A DNA stretch of 26,902 nucleotides, taken from the IMG/VR virus record IMGVR_UViG_3300026368_000002, positions 1 to 26,902 of that record, one strand, 5' to 3'. The translations under genes were made by a program, and so were the position numbers. Source of the stretch: a virus (lineage: Duplodnaviria; Caudoviricetes). The notes below the pieces were generated by a model. It was given only the letters and a program-made list of their open reading frames with translations, was not told the DNA's origin and did not search any database. Of the stretch, positions 25,020-26,902 are shown in pieces (position 1 is the first letter of the stretch; each line of letters begins with the position of its first letter).

Positions 25020-25283
25020 ATGGGCAAGCGCGGAAGAAAGTCTTATAAAGAATCTGGTTACGGCGTCATGCCAATTCATGTGATTGCCCAGCGGATGGGC
25101 ATCTCCGAAAGAAGCGCGCACAGTATTTGGAAAAGTGCACAAGAAAAATTGAGAAAAGATCCAAACGCCTTTTCAATTTTGTTGGAATGCGTACGCGGCG
25201 TTGCAGCTTCTGAGCGGGAGCTTATGCGATGCAGCTCCGTCGAGTGCGATCAAGAATACATCGAAAAATTTTCAACTGAGTAG
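25020..25283 (+). CDS. Sigma-70 region-4-like HTH protein
   Basis: MPIHVIAQRMGISERSAHSIWKSAQEKLR; AAGGAG RBS. Confidence 0.65.
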   Translation: MGKRGRKSYKESGYGVMPIHVIAQRMGISERSAHSIWKSAQEKLRKDPNAFSILLECVRGVAASERELMRCSSVECDQEYIEKFSTE

Positions 25284-25298
25284 GCAAAGGAATCACCT

Positions 25299-25832
25299 AT
25301 GCCAGTTTTAGACGAATTGTCGTTGCAGTTTTACCGCAAGGATCTGATCGGTAAAGCCTGCCGCCGTGTAAAAAAGTCGGATGACGTGGGCGCGCTGATC
25401 GACGAGATGGCGCGGCTGATGAAGATGCACGACGGCACTGGACTGTCGGCCCCACAGGTAGGTGTATTTTTGCAGCTCGCAGTTGTGGAGCTTCCTTCTT
25501 TCCATAAAATACAGGCATTGATCAACCCGGAAATTGTGAACCTGGGGGGAAAGGACTTTTTGGGAACAGAAAGTTGCCTGAGTCTGCCGCCTATTCATCT
25601 TGCCACAGCCAGAATCTGGCGCAGCGAGATTGTGCATGTGTGTAGCGGCACGGTAGAAGACCCTGACGCGGAAAAGATCACCGTCTACCGAGGGACGGCC
25701 GCACGGATTGTGCAGCACGAGATTGATCACCTACAGGGAATTTTCTTTATCGACCGTTGCCAGCCTATGGGCAAACACATCGTGCTGCAAGCGTACAAAC
25801 AATTTTTGCAAACGGGGGTTGGCCGTGGCTGA
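25299..25832 (+). CDS. def: Peptide deformylase
   Basis: GTGLSAPQVG, INPEI, ESCLS and QHEIDHLQG motifs. Confidence 0.92.
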   Translation: MPVLDELSLQFYRKDLIGKACRRVKKSDDVGALIDEMARLMKMHDGTGLSAPQVGVFLQLAVVELPSFHKIQALINPEIVNLGGKDFLGTESCLSLPPIHLATARIWRSEIVHVCSGTVEDPDAEKITVYRGTAARIVQHEIDHLQGIFFIDRCQPMGKHIVLQAYKQFLQTGVGRG

Positions 25833-26370
25833 TTTTTATGTAGCAATCAAAGTTGTTCTAGGGCATGAGGGAGGCATCGGAACGCTCGATGGCGATCCAG
25901 GGGGGAAGACTTGTTTCGGATGGTCTAAAGCGGCCTGCGATTTGTGGGGAATCGCTCAGCCCAAAACGGCCGAGGAAGCGACTGCGCTTTACCTCAAGTA
26001 TTTTTGGAATCCGCTGTATGGCCAGATTGCGAACCAGGACTTGGGAACCAAGATCCTCGACGATTGCGTGAATCAGGGAACACAGACCGGCATCGAGCAT
26101 TTGCAGGCGGCGCTTGTGCACGCCAACCATCCAGTGGCAGTCGACGGCCTTTTTGGGCCTGCCACGCTGGCGGCGGCTAACGCAGCACCGAACACGCTGG
26201 TGCTGGGCTGGATGCGTCTCGTGCAGTATCAGAGCTATGATCGATGGATCAAGGCGAATCCCGTGCGCGAAGCACTGCGCAAAGGGCTGGCGCGCCGGGC
26301 GGCGTGGCCGGACCAGGACTATTCAATCGCCGATCAGTTGCTGGCCGGAACCTATCAGCCGACGATCTGA
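25825..26370 (+). CDS. Glycoside hydrolase family 108 lysozyme with peptidoglycan-binding domain (endolysin-like)
   Basis: HEGG.....DPGGKT.FG, YLKYFW, D..VNQG and LQ.AL...VDGLFGPATLAA motifs; GTG start overlaps the def stop. Confidence 0.88.
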   Translation: MADFYVAIKVVLGHEGGIGTLDGDPGGKTCFGWSKAACDLWGIAQPKTAEEATALYLKYFWNPLYGQIANQDLGTKILDDCVNQGTQTGIEHLQAALVHANHPVAVDGLFGPATLAAANAAPNTLVLGWMRLVQYQSYDRWIKANPVREALRKGLARRAAWPDQDYSIADQLLAGTYQPTI

Positions 26371-26389
26371 GGTCAACTAAAATAGTTGT

Positions 26390-26416
26390 TTGACAATAGC
26401 AATCTGCATATACAAT
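26390..26416 (+). promoter_or_regulatory. Putative promoter and operator for a leaderless brnA-like transcript
   Basis: TTGACA (26390-26395) and TACAAT (26411-26416) with a short 15-bp spacer. The near-palindrome TGCATATACA overlaps the -10. ATG lies 6 nt downstream with no RBS. Confidence 0.5.
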
Positions 26417-26422
26417 AAGAGT

Positions 26423-26701
26423 ATGGCAAACCGCAAAACATTGACTAATGATGAGGGCGAAGTGCGCGAACTGACGGTCGAGGATTTTGCTCGTGCCGTG
26501 CCGTTTTCCGCATTGCCAAAAGCCGAACAACAAGTGCTTCGCTCTGTTCGCAGGCGCGGCAAACAGAAAACGCCTCGCAAAGTGCCCGTTTCTATTCGCT
26601 TGTCCCCTGATGTTGTTGACGGTCTGCGTGCTACAGGAGAAGGATGGCAAGTGCGCGCCGATGAAGTGTTGCGTTCTTGGTTGGCATCTTCAGCGCGATG
26701 A
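26423..26701 (+). CDS. BrnA-family antitoxin (RHH), orphan
   Basis: RRRGKQKTPRKVPVSIRLSPDVVDGLRATGEGWQVRADEVLR matches the BrnA C-terminal signature. No brnT ORF adjacent. Confidence 0.85.
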   Translation: MANRKTLTNDEGEVRELTVEDFARAVPFSALPKAEQQVLRSVRRRGKQKTPRKVPVSIRLSPDVVDGLRATGEGWQVRADEVLRSWLASSAR

Positions 26702-26718
26702 TCCCCTAATCTGAAGTT

Positions 26719-26902
26719 TTCCGCGAACCTGTAGCTCTGGCAAAAAGGCGGTGGGTTCGCGGAAGGTATACAAAGATGATTTTGAGGAAGATAGCGATGG
26801 CATTGTATCGGGCGTCACACAACGAAGAGCGTAGATTTGCGAGGTTAGCGGAAAACTACTTGTGGCCGATTCAAAACAAAAGGGTTATACTGGCGGAGTA
26901 GC
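26719..26902 (+). promoter_or_regulatory. CRISPR leader, including a distal 11-bp inverted repeat
   Basis: TTCCGCGAACC (26719-26729) / GGTTCGCGGAA (26754-26764). GCGAACC..GGTTCGC palindromes are a familiar leader motif. The region runs into the first 5 nt of a repeat. Confidence 0.75.
26808..26902. repeat. Terminal direct repeat, right copy (identical to 1-95)
   Basis: Direct sequence identity with the window start. Confidence 0.95.

Overview
The window looks like a complete, probably circular, ~26.8-kb integrative mobile element. Bases 1-95 are identical to 26808-26902, and a CRISPR leader runs continuously across that junction. Almost all genes lie on the + strand. They resemble the early/middle region of a temperate phage or satellite: Cas4/AddB-like PD-(D/E)XK nuclease, HNH, Bet-like annealase, excisionase-like HTH, P4-type integrase, AlpA, two DNA methyltransferases, DUF1376 protein, primase-helicase, a SLOG/ASCH/macro-like/metallophosphoesterase cluster, peptide deformylase, GH108 lysozyme and an orphan BrnA antitoxin. 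I recognise no capsid, terminase, portal, tail, relaxase, cas1/cas2 or Cas effector gene. The main signal is a Cas-less, two-array CRISPR arrangement. Array 1 is a leader-bearing array of 22 identical 37-bp repeats (91-1629). Array 2 is a cryptic array of six diverged repeats (23755-24126) whose 5' halves have drifted while the 3' hairpin is kept through compensatory base changes, as expected for fixed guides that borrow a host effector. Other oddities are a C5-methyltransferase whose motif IX/TRD-like subunit is nested in an overlapping frame, an apparently catalytically dead serine resolvase, an IS3-family insertion splitting a C2H2 zinc-finger gene just upstream of array 2, and a structured RNA preceding an unannotated 25-aa hydrophobic peptide. 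All family assignments come from motif recognition by eye; no searches were run.
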